A DNA stretch of 64,000 bases from a virus (Duplodnaviria > Caudoviricetes), in the IMG/VR virus record IMGVR_UViG_3300017774_004101, positions 33,362-97,361 of that record; one strand, given 5' to 3'. The position numbers were made by a program, and so were the translations under genes. Positions 30,901-40,212 of the stretch are shown piece by piece. The notes below the pieces were generated by a model. It was not told the origin of the DNA. It searched no databases and worked only from the letters and a program-made list of their open reading frames with translations. Numbering within the stretch: position 1 is the first letter of the stretch; each line of letters starts with the position of its first letter.

Positions 30901-33135
30901 GAAAATACAACAAGAAATGTATTTGGAAATATTTCTTTAGCTAAAGCTAAAAAGGCGGTGCCATTGGTATTAATTTCAGCTTCACCCCAAGCTCAATCTG
31001 TATTGGCTAATGTAGGCGGTACTCAAACTGGAACTTTATCAAATGTTACAATTGAAGCGTTAGAAGGTAGTATTAGTAGATTTACTTCTATGACAGTATC
31101 ATCAGTTAGTGGTATAAATGTAAGCACGGGTACATCAAATATATCTGGAAATACATTAGTGTTATCTGATAGAACAATGTCAGCAACTGAAGGTTCTATA
31201 ACTCTAACTGTAACACATACTGATAGTGAAGGTACATCTCCTCAAACTAAAACAATAATAGTAAGGGCAACAAAAGTTCCAACAGGAGCAACAGGAAATA
31301 ATGGCACGAATGGTACAAATGGAACTAATGGAACTAATGGAGCAAATGGTGGTGATGGACCGGGTGTAGTATTCAGAGGCCCGTGGAGTGCTGCAACAAC
31401 TTATAATAGTATTAGCCAAGATGCAACACGTAGAGATGTGGTATTATATAGTGGAACTTACTATGCAACAAAAGCAAATGCAACTGCTAACTTAAATAAA
31501 CAACCTGATACTCAAACTACGTTTTGGCAATCATTAGGAACGGATTCATTCTTTGTAGCAGCTGAAATGTTTATATCCAAAGAATCGTATGTACAAAACA
31601 CAATAAATGTTGGAACAAATGCTTCAGGTAATGCTAACATTACTATTGCGGGTGGTACTACATCTCCATATATTTCAATAGGACAAGCAACCAAAGGATA
31701 TGATAATGTAGGTGCTTTTTTAGGTAGTGATGGAACAACTGGAAAACTTTCTCTAAAAAGTGCATCAAATTTTTTAAAATGGAATGGAACTTCATTAGAA
31801 ATACAAGGTTCATTGAAAATTTCAGATGGAACAGGTGTAGCATCAACTACTGCTTTAAGCGATGGATTAGGTACAAAAATTAATACAGGTACAGCTGCAA
31901 CTGATGTAAATAATAATGTAACTAATATTAGTGGTGGAAAAATTAGAACAGGATTAATACAATCAAATAATTTTAGTGGAACGGGTGATGGTAGTGGGTT
32001 TGCAACTGAAGGGATGTCTATTGATTTGACAGGTGGTGGAATATCTGCTAAAAACTTTAGAATTACTGCAGCAGGTGATGCTTTTTTCAGAGGAAATATT
32101 ACCGGTGCAAGTGGAACATTTGGTGGTTCTATTCGAATCGGTAGTGGGGAAAGTGTATTTTCTGCAGATGGAAATGGAATTTATTTAGGTAATGAAACTT
32201 TTGCAAATGCAGAATTTAGAGTTACACCTGCTGGAGCTCTTACCGCAACAAGTGCTAATATTACGGGAGAAATTAATGCTACATCTGGTAACTTTAGTGG
32301 AAATATCACATCAACCGCAACGATTACTGGTGGTACACTTACGGGGGGTACTATAACAGTTGGTGCTATTGGTGGTGGTGGAACTATAATTAATGGTGCA
32401 TTGTTTCAGGAAAGAATTGAAGATACTACTCTTGCAAATTCAGTTTCATTGGGCCCAGGTGGTATGATATTTAGAGGAGCACATGGAGCAAATAATGATA
32501 ACCCAACTAATTACATATCACTTCGAGTACAAGATAATTATGCCAGACAGATTACTCAATGTTTAGTTAATAATGTTGAAGTGATGTCAGTATTGGGATA
32601 CCCAAGTATGAACCAAGCTGCAATAAATATTTATAATGGTGGAATGCAGTTAAGAAATTATTCGTTTAACGATTATGTAGCTGGAAATCAGGGTAGGGCA
32701 CTTCAAGTTTTTGGTAGTTTTTATACCGATGGAACGGGAACTTTTACAGGAGATGTAACTGCAAATACATCGGATAGGAGATTAAAAACCAATATTAAAA
32801 ATATAGATTCACCATTAGAAAAAATATCAAAAATAAATGGTGTATATTTTAATTGGAATGATGAAGCAAAAAAATTATCAAATAAAAATACCGAAATTAG
32901 AGAAGTGGGATTTATTGCACAGGAAGTTCAGAGTGTTTTTCCTGAAATAGTAAAACCTGCTCCATTTGATTTAGAATTAGATGAAGAAAATACTACGGTT
33001 AAGGATACAATATATAAATCAATATCAGGTGAAGATTATTTAACTGTTCAATATGAAAAAATTGTTCCCCTATTAGTAGAATGTATTAAAGAATTAAAAA
33101 ATGAAATTGAAGAATTAAAAAAGAATCGAATATGA
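27955..33135 (+). CDS. Long tail fibre with collagen-like stretch and C-terminal peptidase S74 intramolecular chaperone
   Basis: GATGNNGTNGTNGTNGTNGANG; FRGPWSAATTY...DVVLYSG module; SDRRLKTNI...GFIAQEV...QYEKIVPLLVECIKEL. Confidence 0.88.
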   Translation: MAIIKSFASYQNLSNFGTFINDQVRTSEYFRITEFKDTFTGGKNGFLIEGSEHLKETTEIKIEILDVTGTPIYYEPGDGIPEYYEGISKIVSVHVYEDTPIGLGKITVLGELKTYIDETGVVRDVPAEWRGIYNIKWERTFNVNKNLANETIVRFYKRPKITIDEINKPIFNITTPSVTQTGLVEGIPQQPVYGTDIRTWTAGTLYKLKITDGSNWTSSVDENTITIPSLGYSATIREVLNNKEIFVDVPYLISSSVSNFPATAYTTTFDHIEGQTIINSALTGSFAKIQLSDLKTFVGDVARVKVYRKSRNEVGDYQFIQDTKLESSEILKDITTTAATELSYGQFTQSNIKNYWVSGSTAHPITINVDKLNASVQVNYSGSNYDNPALFITSQSLSLTEGVEYTLSFKTLLSGSNDSTKTLKAYFSGSAYPQQTIVNVTNSAIYTTKQNVTQNVKATKTGDAKLVFEFAGDDWYLANVSLQNAQETSFSPDEFTLIQDIPRKLASETYDFKFEFYDINNNYIPVDVKTSKTFNGGNSFTTTSKILTFESDRTAFRFSSGSFGNPAFQQVGFSIGRTNLTGSVTYASAAFDVGGDYIRPSHYSASNGTILQYPGFLTNAGDGGASLTIANFSGSVASVIVGSITYTASCDGLNEFETIYRFEDGENAPGLFVTANTNQFIYKATDLSLNPSGQIITIEAKRKNLASASTPLTINSGSGKPPLTLVSTNATNGVDTYTIAGSSYPFSTSETSYSISGSDQFGNVFSDTIKITPVKILDGFSVATSNENTSFPANSIGSVIGGFTASSGSITVKVGSEVINYSSTFVTNSFSASISSTSGLTPNTFNGTNYSINALSADSGSLTLLVKYKDGGETIISSSKEITYSKVKKAAPILSFVIGNNNQTTTAKSTGEQIDAFVTASLSVIETYEGVSSTKILASAPDTTTTNSYTIGNKTTTTIALPNMANGTDSVDISITGSVVDSENTTRNVFGNISLAKAKKAVPLVLISASPQAQSVLANVGGTQTGTLSNVTIEALEGSISRFTSMTVSSVSGINVSTGTSNISGNTLVLSDRTMSATEGSITLTVTHTDSEGTSPQTKTIIVRATKVPTGATGNNGTNGTNGTNGTNGANGGDGPGVVFRGPWSAATTYNSISQDATRRDVVLYSGTYYATKANATANLNKQPDTQTTFWQSLGTDSFFVAAEMFISKESYVQNTINVGTNASGNANITIAGGTTSPYISIGQATKGYDNVGAFLGSDGTTGKLSLKSASNFLKWNGTSLEIQGSLKISDGTGVASTTALSDGLGTKINTGTAATDVNNNVTNISGGKIRTGLIQSNNFSGTGDGSGFATEGMSIDLTGGGISAKNFRITAAGDAFFRGNITGASGTFGGSIRIGSGESVFSADGNGIYLGNETFANAEFRVTPAGALTATSANITGEINATSGNFSGNITSTATITGGTLTGGTITVGAIGGGGTIINGALFQERIEDTTLANSVSLGPGGMIFRGAHGANNDNPTNYISLRVQDNYARQITQCLVNNVEVMSVLGYPSMNQAAINIYNGGMQLRNYSFNDYVAGNQGRALQVFGSFYTDGTGTFTGDVTANTSDRRLKTNIKNIDSPLEKISKINGVYFNWNDEAKKLSNKNTEIREVGFIAQEVQSVFPEIVKPAPFDLELDEENTTVKDTIYKSISGEDYLTVQYEKIVPLLVECIKELKNEIEELKKNRI

Positions 33136-33311
33136 AAAATTTAGACGAATTAAGGGTTCATGCTCAAAGGATGATGGATGAGTATCCTGCTCATAAAAGT
33201 AGGATAGCAGATTTATATATGAGTGCAGTCACAAAGGTTATGCAGGGTGAGGATGCACCCAATATATGTTCACTTATGTTGACTGCTATGTTGGAGTTGG
33301 TAGGCGAGTAA
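33132..33311 (+). CDS. Small hypothetical protein (59 aa)
   Basis: ATGA overlap with the fibre stop; MKNLDELRVHAQRMMDEYPAHKSRIADLY...LELVGE; not in ORF track. Confidence 0.6.
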   Translation: MKNLDELRVHAQRMMDEYPAHKSRIADLYMSAVTKVMQGEDAPNICSLMLTAMLELVGE

Positions 33312-33352
33312 GTGAAATTAAAGTATATAAAAGAATTAAAAAGGAATAGGTA

Positions 33353-34324
33353 ATGGCTCAATCAATGTCTGGTATAAAAGCTAAATTAGGAAGTTCTTCG
33401 AACTCTCTAAGAGCATATGCAGAAGCGAGAGGACTCACTGCACCAGATAGTATGTCGGAATTTGATGCTTGGTTAAATGGTGGTTCACCTCCACCACCGC
33501 CGCCTCCCCCTCCACCGCCACCGCCACCGCCACCTCCACCTCCACCTCCGCCTCCACCTCCACCTCCACCGGCGAGACAAGGATATACTCTTAGATATTC
33601 TAATGTTAATCCATACGCAGCATGTTCTGGAACTAATTTTGTAACTATATATACTGAATATGGATTAGGAGTCCCGGAGGGAGCAACTGCATATGCAACA
33701 ATGAATACGGATGAACGTTCACCTGATGGATATTATTCAAATGGAGATGATTATTGGACAATATCAGGAGGATATGGTATGATTGCAGTCGGTGCTACTA
33801 CGTGTCCTGCCCCACCGCCTCCACCTCCACCGCCTCCACCACCTCCGCCTCCGCCTCCACCGCCTCCGCCGCCTCCGCCGCCTCCACCACCTCCGCCTCC
33901 GCCACCTGCAGAAGGTACATTTATATCATCTGAATGTATTGGCGTTGATAAATATATCACGCGTGCTGATGGAATTGGTGGTTCATATATAGTGGTAGAA
34001 TACGATTCGATAGATTGTGGATATGAAGCACCGCCTCCGCCTCCGCCGCCTCCGCCTCCACCACCTCCGCCTCCACCACCAAGTAATGTGGCAGTGGCGT
34101 TAAGACGTGCGTATACTGCTCAAGCGGCATGTGATAGTCAAAGTGAAGATACTTACTATTTACCACCTCTTTCATCATTTGGTACTGCAACATCATTATA
34201 TTCAGATAGTGGTGGAACTGGTGCTACAGCAGATTATTACTCAAACGGAACTGTTGTGAGATATTGGGATGGTGCAAGTTTTATAAGTAATTCCAATTGT
34301 GGAAATTTAAATGAAGAATTTTAA
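33353..34324 (+). CDS. Polyproline-rich, Cys-containing protein; putative fibre-tip adhesin
   Basis: Pro28, Pro32 and Pro17 runs separate small Cys-bounded domains, two of which are homologous (AAC...YYSNG...W...C). Confidence 0.75.
   Translation: MAQSMSGIKAKLGSSSNSLRAYAEARGLTAPDSMSEFDAWLNGGSPPPPPPPPPPPPPPPPPPPPPPPPPPPPARQGYTLRYSNVNPYAACSGTNFVTIYTEYGLGVPEGATAYATMNTDERSPDGYYSNGDDYWTISGGYGMIAVGATTCPAPPPPPPPPPPPPPPPPPPPPPPPPPPPPPPPPAEGTFISSECIGVDKYITRADGIGGSYIVVEYDSIDCGYEAPPPPPPPPPPPPPPPPPSNVAVALRRAYTAQAACDSQSEDTYYLPPLSSFGTATSLYSDSGGTGATADYYSNGTVVRYWDGASFISNSNCGNLNEEF
33488..34081 (+). repeat. Three CCN tracts encoding poly-Pro (33488-33571, 33812-33907, 34031-34081)
   Basis: Mixed CCT/CCA/CCG codons; a sharp GC-rich island in an AT-rich sequence. 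Confidence 0.95.
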
Positions 34325-34341
34325 TTAATAAAATATTTAAA

Positions 34342-34896
34342 ATGAAAAATTTTATATCAATAACTGAAAACTATTTATCAGATGGTGAATTTGAAAAATA
34401 TTTAAATTATTCCAAAGAAACAAAGGAATGGGGTAATCGTATTCCAAACGATAATTGGAGTGGAAGAGTTATTTACGAACCTGCTGAAACTAATTTAAAT
34501 TATTTAAAAGGCTTGGAAAATAAAATAAAATCTGATTTTGAATTAACTGATAAAATATATCCTGATTATTTAGGATTAGTAAAGTGGGAGGTAGGCGATA
34601 TACAAAATCCTCATGCAGATGGTCAGAATGAAAATGGAGACCATCCGTATTATTGGAGAAATTTCGGATGTATTTTGTATTTAAATGATGATTATGAAGG
34701 TGGTGAAATATATTTTCCAAATCAAAATATGGAAATAAAACCAAAACCAAATACATTAGTATTTTTTCCTGGTACGCTTGAGTATTTACATGGAGTTAAA
34801 CCAATTACAAATGGAGTTAGATATACTTTAACATCTTTTTGGACTTTTAATAAACAATATAATATGAATAGTTATGATAGTAATACCCGAGAATAA
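34342..34896 (+). CDS. 2OG-Fe(II) oxygenase, prolyl 4-hydroxylase-like
   Basis: HAD...ILYLNDDYEGGEIYFP...LHGVKPITNGVRYTL: HxD...H triad and 2OG-binding Arg. Confidence 0.85.
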   Translation: MKNFISITENYLSDGEFEKYLNYSKETKEWGNRIPNDNWSGRVIYEPAETNLNYLKGLENKIKSDFELTDKIYPDYLGLVKWEVGDIQNPHADGQNENGDHPYYWRNFGCILYLNDDYEGGEIYFPNQNMEIKPKPNTLVFFPGTLEYLHGVKPITNGVRYTLTSFWTFNKQYNMNSYDSNTRE

Positions 34897-35605
34897 ATTA
34901 ATTACAATACCAGAAAATATTAATTTTATTAATTCAAACGAATTAATTATTGAACCATTGAAGGGTAAATTAAAAAGAGATTGGTTTGTTAACCATGCTT
35001 ATTTTTGTTTACCATTAGTTATTGGAAATCAATATGGATTTGCTATAAAATCATTAAAAACATTTTCAGTAATATGGGATGGGGGTGATACTCCAAACAA
35101 TACTATAATTGAAATTTTAGATGAAGGTGATAATCCAAATTATCAGTCAATAAATTCTCATTTTGGGATGGGAACTATAACTATTCAAAATCGATTTACA
35201 TTTAGAACTCCACCTAATGTTAATCTAATGACAATAAATCCACCCAATCATTGGATAGATGGAATTCAACATATGACAGGTGTTATCGAAACGGATAATC
35301 TTCGTAGAGATTTTACTTTTAATTTAAAGGTAACACGTAAGAACGAAAAAATAATAATAAATAAGGGAGATTATATTGGATGTGTTTTACCGATTCCAAG
35401 ATACTTTGTTGATGGATTTGAATTACAAAATGGGTATGATGTATTTACTGCAGAAGAAATACAAGAAGAACAACAAATAATGCATGAGTTTGGAATTGAA
35501 CGTTCCACTAAAGATATAGAAAAACCAAATGGAAATGGTAGACGATATTTTAATGGAGAAGATGTTCGTGGATGTCCATTTCATAATCATCAAAAAAAAA
35601 TATAA
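34874..35605 (+). CDS. DUF6065-like protein
   Basis: RDWF..HAYFCLPLVIGNQYG and TGVIETD...FTFNLK motifs; family assignment from recall. Confidence 0.55.
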   Translation: MIVIPENKLITIPENINFINSNELIIEPLKGKLKRDWFVNHAYFCLPLVIGNQYGFAIKSLKTFSVIWDGGDTPNNTIIEILDEGDNPNYQSINSHFGMGTITIQNRFTFRTPPNVNLMTINPPNHWIDGIQHMTGVIETDNLRRDFTFNLKVTRKNEKIIINKGDYIGCVLPIPRYFVDGFELQNGYDVFTAEEIQEEQQIMHEFGIERSTKDIEKPNGNGRRYFNGEDVRGCPFHNHQKKI

Positions 35606-35635
35606 TAATTTAATTTTTATATATTTATATATGTT

Positions 35636-36673
35636 ATGAGTATAAAGGTTTTAGTTACAACTGGTTGTGGTAATACTGTTATGGGAGGTGCCGATATATG
35701 GACTAATTATTTTTTAGAATTAGTTTGGCCAACACTCCCTGTCAAAAGAGATTGGAGATTACTTATTGACTCCAAGAGACCCGCCTCATTTGAATCAAAA
35801 TACTTACCGAAAGGATTGGTTCATCACTTTCACTACGATGACCCTGAAAAGACTAGAGCGTGGTTAAATGAGTGTGAGGAAATTCACGTATTACATCCAC
35901 ATTACCATTTAAGACCACATATTTGGCATTTCGAAGATAAATTTAAAACTGTCTTTGTTCATGCGTATGCTAGAGAGATGGATGCTGTAATTTCTGCTAT
36001 TCCCGAACTAAAAAGATTACAATATAATACAGGAGTTGATTCAGATTTTTATGATGAGTATTTAGCAACATTTAATCGTAGAATTTGGGTGGGTAATAAT
36101 ACTACCACAATGATTGATGAACATCCAAACTACACTTATAACGTTCCTAACTTTTATGAGTTTAAAAATAATTTACCACTTACTACTCACGTTGATAATG
36201 GTAAAATAGGATTTGCTTCTCGTATTGAATCGAGAAAATGTGTACATTGGTTAAACGACCATAAAGGATATATCCTAACCAATCAGTTTGATTTACAAAA
36301 TCTTAAAGATAGTAGTACCTACTCATTAAAGGGTATGGAAGTGTTTCAATGGGATGTTAATCATCATCATTTTTTTATGTTAAAGAATTTTGGTATATTT
36401 CACGCCGCATACTTTAAAGAACCATTTGGATATTCAATATTTCAAGCAGTAGATTACGGAAAATTACCAATAATACATAAAGATTGGGCACCAGAAGTTG
36501 AATACAAATATAGGGTTTCAACTAAAAATGAATTTGATGATTGTGTTAAACAAATTCTTAAAGATTCATACGAAGAAAGGGTAGCAAACGTAAAAAATCT
36601 TAAAGATTATATGATAAAATTTGATAATAAAGAAGTATGGATTGATAAAATCCGTACAGCAATTTTAGGATAA
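35636..36673 (+). CDS. GT-B glycosyltransferase (GT4-like)
   Basis: N-terminal GGAD, FASRIESRK, and EPFGYSIFQAVDYGKLPII. Confidence 0.75.
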   Translation: MSIKVLVTTGCGNTVMGGADIWTNYFLELVWPTLPVKRDWRLLIDSKRPASFESKYLPKGLVHHFHYDDPEKTRAWLNECEEIHVLHPHYHLRPHIWHFEDKFKTVFVHAYAREMDAVISAIPELKRLQYNTGVDSDFYDEYLATFNRRIWVGNNTTTMIDEHPNYTYNVPNFYEFKNNLPLTTHVDNGKIGFASRIESRKCVHWLNDHKGYILTNQFDLQNLKDSSTYSLKGMEVFQWDVNHHHFFMLKNFGIFHAAYFKEPFGYSIFQAVDYGKLPIIHKDWAPEVEYKYRVSTKNEFDDCVKQILKDSYEERVANVKNLKDYMIKFDNKEVWIDKIRTAILG

Positions 36674-36863
36674 TTCCAAATATTTATTTTTATATATTTT
36701 TATATATTTATATACGTTTGGGAAAAAGTTGCATACTTATATTAAAGGGGGTAGGGGGATAAGCTACTAAGCTATTACACTATCACATATACTATTTATA
36801 TTAACTTATACTACTATTAAGCTAATAGCATATTTCTAGCATTTCATTCACAATATTTCATTT

Positions 36864-37649
36864 ATGGGCAACATCGTTAATTACAATTTTTTAAAAGATT
36901 TTTTTACTAACAACACTATCGAGAAAGAAGATATTAATGGAGATATATTTAATGAATATCAACCAGTAAAATATCGTTGGTCTCATGGTGCTACTGATTT
37001 TCATTTAGGAGATGGATTATTAATTTATGCAGTAATTCAGTATTTGAGAGCAAAAACTTGCGTATGTTTAGGTAGTGGTGGTGGATTCATTCCTAGAATA
37101 ATGTCACAAGCTAGAATTGATTTACACGACCAAAAAATATTTAGTGGTCTTAAACAAATGGAGTGGGGTAATTGTGGTTCAACTATTTTAGTTGATGCTA
37201 ATAACGGCGTTGGTGGTGAAACTGATTGGGTAGAAGAAACTTCATTTTTTAGAACACATTTTCCTTGTAGAATTATTATAGATACTACTGAAAATGCATT
37301 TTATAATTATTTTGTAAAAGAAGATATACCAATCGATTACCTACATATTGACGCAGGTCATTCATATGATGATGTTAAACAAGATTTTGATTTATATTCA
37401 CAAATTCTTTCACCTTATGGTATTATATCAATACACGATACCGATTCATCTTTTGAAAAAGAATTGGTAGTTACCAATGATATAAAAGATAATAATGCAC
37501 ATGATGAATTTTCTCACGGCCCATCACGATTAATAAAAGAATTACAAGAAAGTGGTGAGTGGGAAGTTTTTAACTTTTTCAATAATGGAATATTGAGAAG
37601 TAAGCCGTCATCTACTGGTTTGACATTTATTCAACGATGCAAAAAATAA
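36864..37649 (+). CDS. Class I SAM methyltransferase (Methyltransf_24-like)
   Basis: CLGSGGG motif I; IDYLHIDAGHSYDDVKQD...LSPYGIISIHD. Confidence 0.85.
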   Translation: MGNIVNYNFLKDFFTNNTIEKEDINGDIFNEYQPVKYRWSHGATDFHLGDGLLIYAVIQYLRAKTCVCLGSGGGFIPRIMSQARIDLHDQKIFSGLKQMEWGNCGSTILVDANNGVGGETDWVEETSFFRTHFPCRIIIDTTENAFYNYFVKEDIPIDYLHIDAGHSYDDVKQDFDLYSQILSPYGIISIHDTDSSFEKELVVTNDIKDNNAHDEFSHGPSRLIKELQESGEWEVFNFFNNGILRSKPSSTGLTFIQRCKK

Positions 37650-38497
37650 GATTAGTAACAGTTACGGGTAGTAGAACCAATACTCTTCATCATATGTTAA
37701 ATCACTACAATGATTTAGTTGATGAAATGTGTATTATAGTATATGAATGGGATGGGTTTAGTACATATAATGATGTGTATGAAATAACAAAGAGATTCCC
37801 AAAAGCAAAAATTATTAAAAGAGAAATTGCTGAAAAATTTAATTGGGAAAAAGTAACCAATTTATATAACGAAGTAAAACAAATGTATCCCAACGATTGG
37901 TGGGTAGTTTCAGACGATGATGAATTCCACATTTACCCACAACCAATCAGAGAATTAATTTCTGAATGTGAAGAAAATGGATGGGAATTTATTACCGGTG
38001 GGTTTATTGATAGGATAGGAGAGAATGGAGATTTTCCTGAAATAAATGAAAATACAAACATTTGGAAACAATTCCCACTTGCTGGATTTTTTAGATATCC
38101 AATGAGTGGGGCTTGTCCAAATAAAGTTTGTATAATGAAAGGGTCGGTTAATGTAACATCAGGACAGCATTATGTTGATTTTGGAGATGGTAAAAATAGT
38201 TGGGGAACATCTCATCCAAATAGATACCCAATAGGTAGGGGTGAGGGGTTAATACAAGTTCACCATTTTAAATGGGATAGTACTTGTATGGATAGAATAA
38301 AGGATGTTGCTAATATAAAAAAACAATATGCATTTTCGTCCGAATATGAAAAAATGTATAATGCGATTCAATGGAATGATTTTAAAATTGATATTAATAA
38401 TAAAGAATTTTTCATTGAAAAAATGAATCCCCAAATTTCTGATTTTAGTGATTATTCTAAGTGGAATCGATTAGCTAAAAAAATTACAAAAATATAA
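37637..38497 (+). CDS. GT-A glycosyltransferase (GT2-like)
   Basis: LNHY..LVDE, WWVVSDDDEF (DxD), KV...GQH, VHHFKW. Confidence 0.75.
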   Translation: MQKIRLVTVTGSRTNTLHHMLNHYNDLVDEMCIIVYEWDGFSTYNDVYEITKRFPKAKIIKREIAEKFNWEKVTNLYNEVKQMYPNDWWVVSDDDEFHIYPQPIRELISECEENGWEFITGGFIDRIGENGDFPEINENTNIWKQFPLAGFFRYPMSGACPNKVCIMKGSVNVTSGQHYVDFGDGKNSWGTSHPNRYPIGRGEGLIQVHHFKWDSTCMDRIKDVANIKKQYAFSSEYEKMYNAIQWNDFKIDINNKEFFIEKMNPQISDFSDYSKWNRLAKKITKI

Positions 38498-38536
38498 AAA
38501 AAATATATTTATATATACACACAAAAATAAAAAGTT

Positions 38537-38776
38537 ATGGCAAAAGAATTGATTAAAGGAACAGATGGAGTAGGAAACACTTCTACGAATTTAGAAGAAC
38601 GTAAATTAAAAGCTTTAGAAAAAATTGCTAATTCATTAGATGCACTTACTCTATGGTTTGAAGAAATTGATAAAGATGTTTGGGGTCCAAGAATTGAACA
38701 TTATTTGTACGAATGGTATAAAAATAAAATTGAAACACCTAATACTGATATTGATTCAAAAAAGACTAAGAAATAA
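38537..38776 (+). CDS. Hypothetical protein
   Basis: 79-aa ORF preceded by ATATTTATA at 38505. Confidence 0.65.
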   Translation: MAKELIKGTDGVGNTSTNLEERKLKALEKIANSLDALTLWFEEIDKDVWGPRIEHYLYEWYKNKIETPNTDIDSKKTKK

Positions 38777-38778
38777 AA

Positions 38779-40212
38779 ATGTCCTTAGAAAAACTCGGTA
38801 TAATTGTTCCTTATAGAAATAGATATACTCAGCTTGATACTTTTACAAAATATATAGTTGAATACCTTAGCGATAAGGATATTAATTATAAAATTATAAT
38901 TGTTGAACAAGATGATGCTAAACTATTCAATAGAGGAACGCTTCTTAATATTGGATATCAGTATGCAAAAAAATTACGATGTGATTATTTAGCATTCCAC
39001 GATATCGATATGTTACCGATTGATGTTGATTATTCATATAGTGAATACCCAATTCACCTAGCAACAGATATTATACCAGATGAAGATGAACCTAAACGAA
39101 ATTTATTCGATTCATACTTTGGTGGAGTAACTATGTTTACCATTGAAGATTTTGAAAAAATAAATGGGTATTCTAACAAATATTGGGGTTGGGGCTTTGA
39201 AGATGATGATTTACTTTATAGATGTAAAATTAATGATATAGATTTGAATACCATAAAAATAAAAAATGTGAGTAAAAATACTCAAATTTTAAAATTAAAT
39301 GGTATTGATTCGTATATTCAAGCAAAAAATATAATAACTACACATAGAGATTTTTCTATAACAATTTGTTTTGAACCTGCTAAGTTAAAATTAGACCACA
39401 CTAAACAATCGGATGAATTTACTATTTTTAGTATTCCCGGTTACGATTTTGCAATATCGTATACATCTTTTAATCGATATAATTTTTGTTTGTTTGATAA
39501 TGATTTAAAAGCCATTTATTTAAACACCGAAATTAAGCCTACCTATAAAACTAATATTACATTAGTATATGATTCCGTTTGTAAAACGATAAAGATGTAT
39601 CAAGACGGAATATTTGTAGGTGAAAGTGAAAAAATTGAAAAATTTAATAAGGATTATAAAACACAAGAACATTTTTATATAGGAGTCGGTAACCCAACTC
39701 GTGATATAATACCAAATTGGTTTAATGGTTCATTTGAATATTTTGCATATTACGATACAAAACTATCCGAAGAAGAAATTGTTGAAATTACAAATAATAA
39801 AGAACACTTATTAAATAAAAATTTTGGTAAATACATATCTTGTGATTATTTAAAAACTTATTATGATAGTGAATTTATTAGAGATTATACTTTAATTGAT
39901 TTATCTAATAATTTTAATTTAGGAAAAATAATTAATTGTGAAATTAGCAAAAACGATGAAATAGAAAGTGTTGATTTCAATATACCATTCAGACGTAATT
40001 CTATTTTTAAATCTTTGAAACATGAAAATAATGGATTCAATGGTAATCGTTGGAAAACTGATAATACTCGTTGGAATCAACTTAGATTAATCAATGAAGT
40101 AATGGAAAATCCAGAATTAACAAAAGAAGATGGATTATCTGATTTAAATTTTGCGGAACATAACAAAAGAAAGTTAGATAAAAATATACAAATTATAACT
40201 GTTGGTATATAA
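38779..40212 (+). CDS. GT7 (beta-1,4-galactosyltransferase-like) with inserted LamG-like domain
   Basis: IIVPYRNR, FNRG.LLNIG, HDID, YFGGV, INGYSNKYWGWGFEDDDL; LamG-like insert; GT7 C-terminal part resumes at IPFRR...SLKH. Confidence 0.85.
   Translation: MSLEKLGIIVPYRNRYTQLDTFTKYIVEYLSDKDINYKIIIVEQDDAKLFNRGTLLNIGYQYAKKLRCDYLAFHDIDMLPIDVDYSYSEYPIHLATDIIPDEDEPKRNLFDSYFGGVTMFTIEDFEKINGYSNKYWGWGFEDDDLLYRCKINDIDLNTIKIKNVSKNTQILKLNGIDSYIQAKNIITTHRDFSITICFEPAKLKLDHTKQSDEFTIFSIPGYDFAISYTSFNRYNFCLFDNDLKAIYLNTEIKPTYKTNITLVYDSVCKTIKMYQDGIFVGESEKIEKFNKDYKTQEHFYIGVGNPTRDIIPNWFNGSFEYFAYYDTKLSEEEIVEITNNKEHLLNKNFGKYISCDYLKTYYDSEFIRDYTLIDLSNNFNLGKIINCEISKNDEIESVDFNIPFRRNSIFKSLKHENNGFNGNRWKTDNTRWNQLRLINEVMENPELTKEDGLSDLNFAEHNKRKLDKNIQIITVGI

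Noticed and set aside
33488-34081. Poly-Pro tracts as assembly artefact, microsatellite or CRISPR array
   Set aside because: Third codon positions vary, frame is preserved in all three tracts, and there is no repeat-spacer structure.
33751-34196. Poly-Gly minus-strand ORF and His/Arg/Leu-rich or Glu/Ala-rich alternative-frame ORFs
   Set aside because: Shadows of the CCN poly-Pro tracts in other frames.
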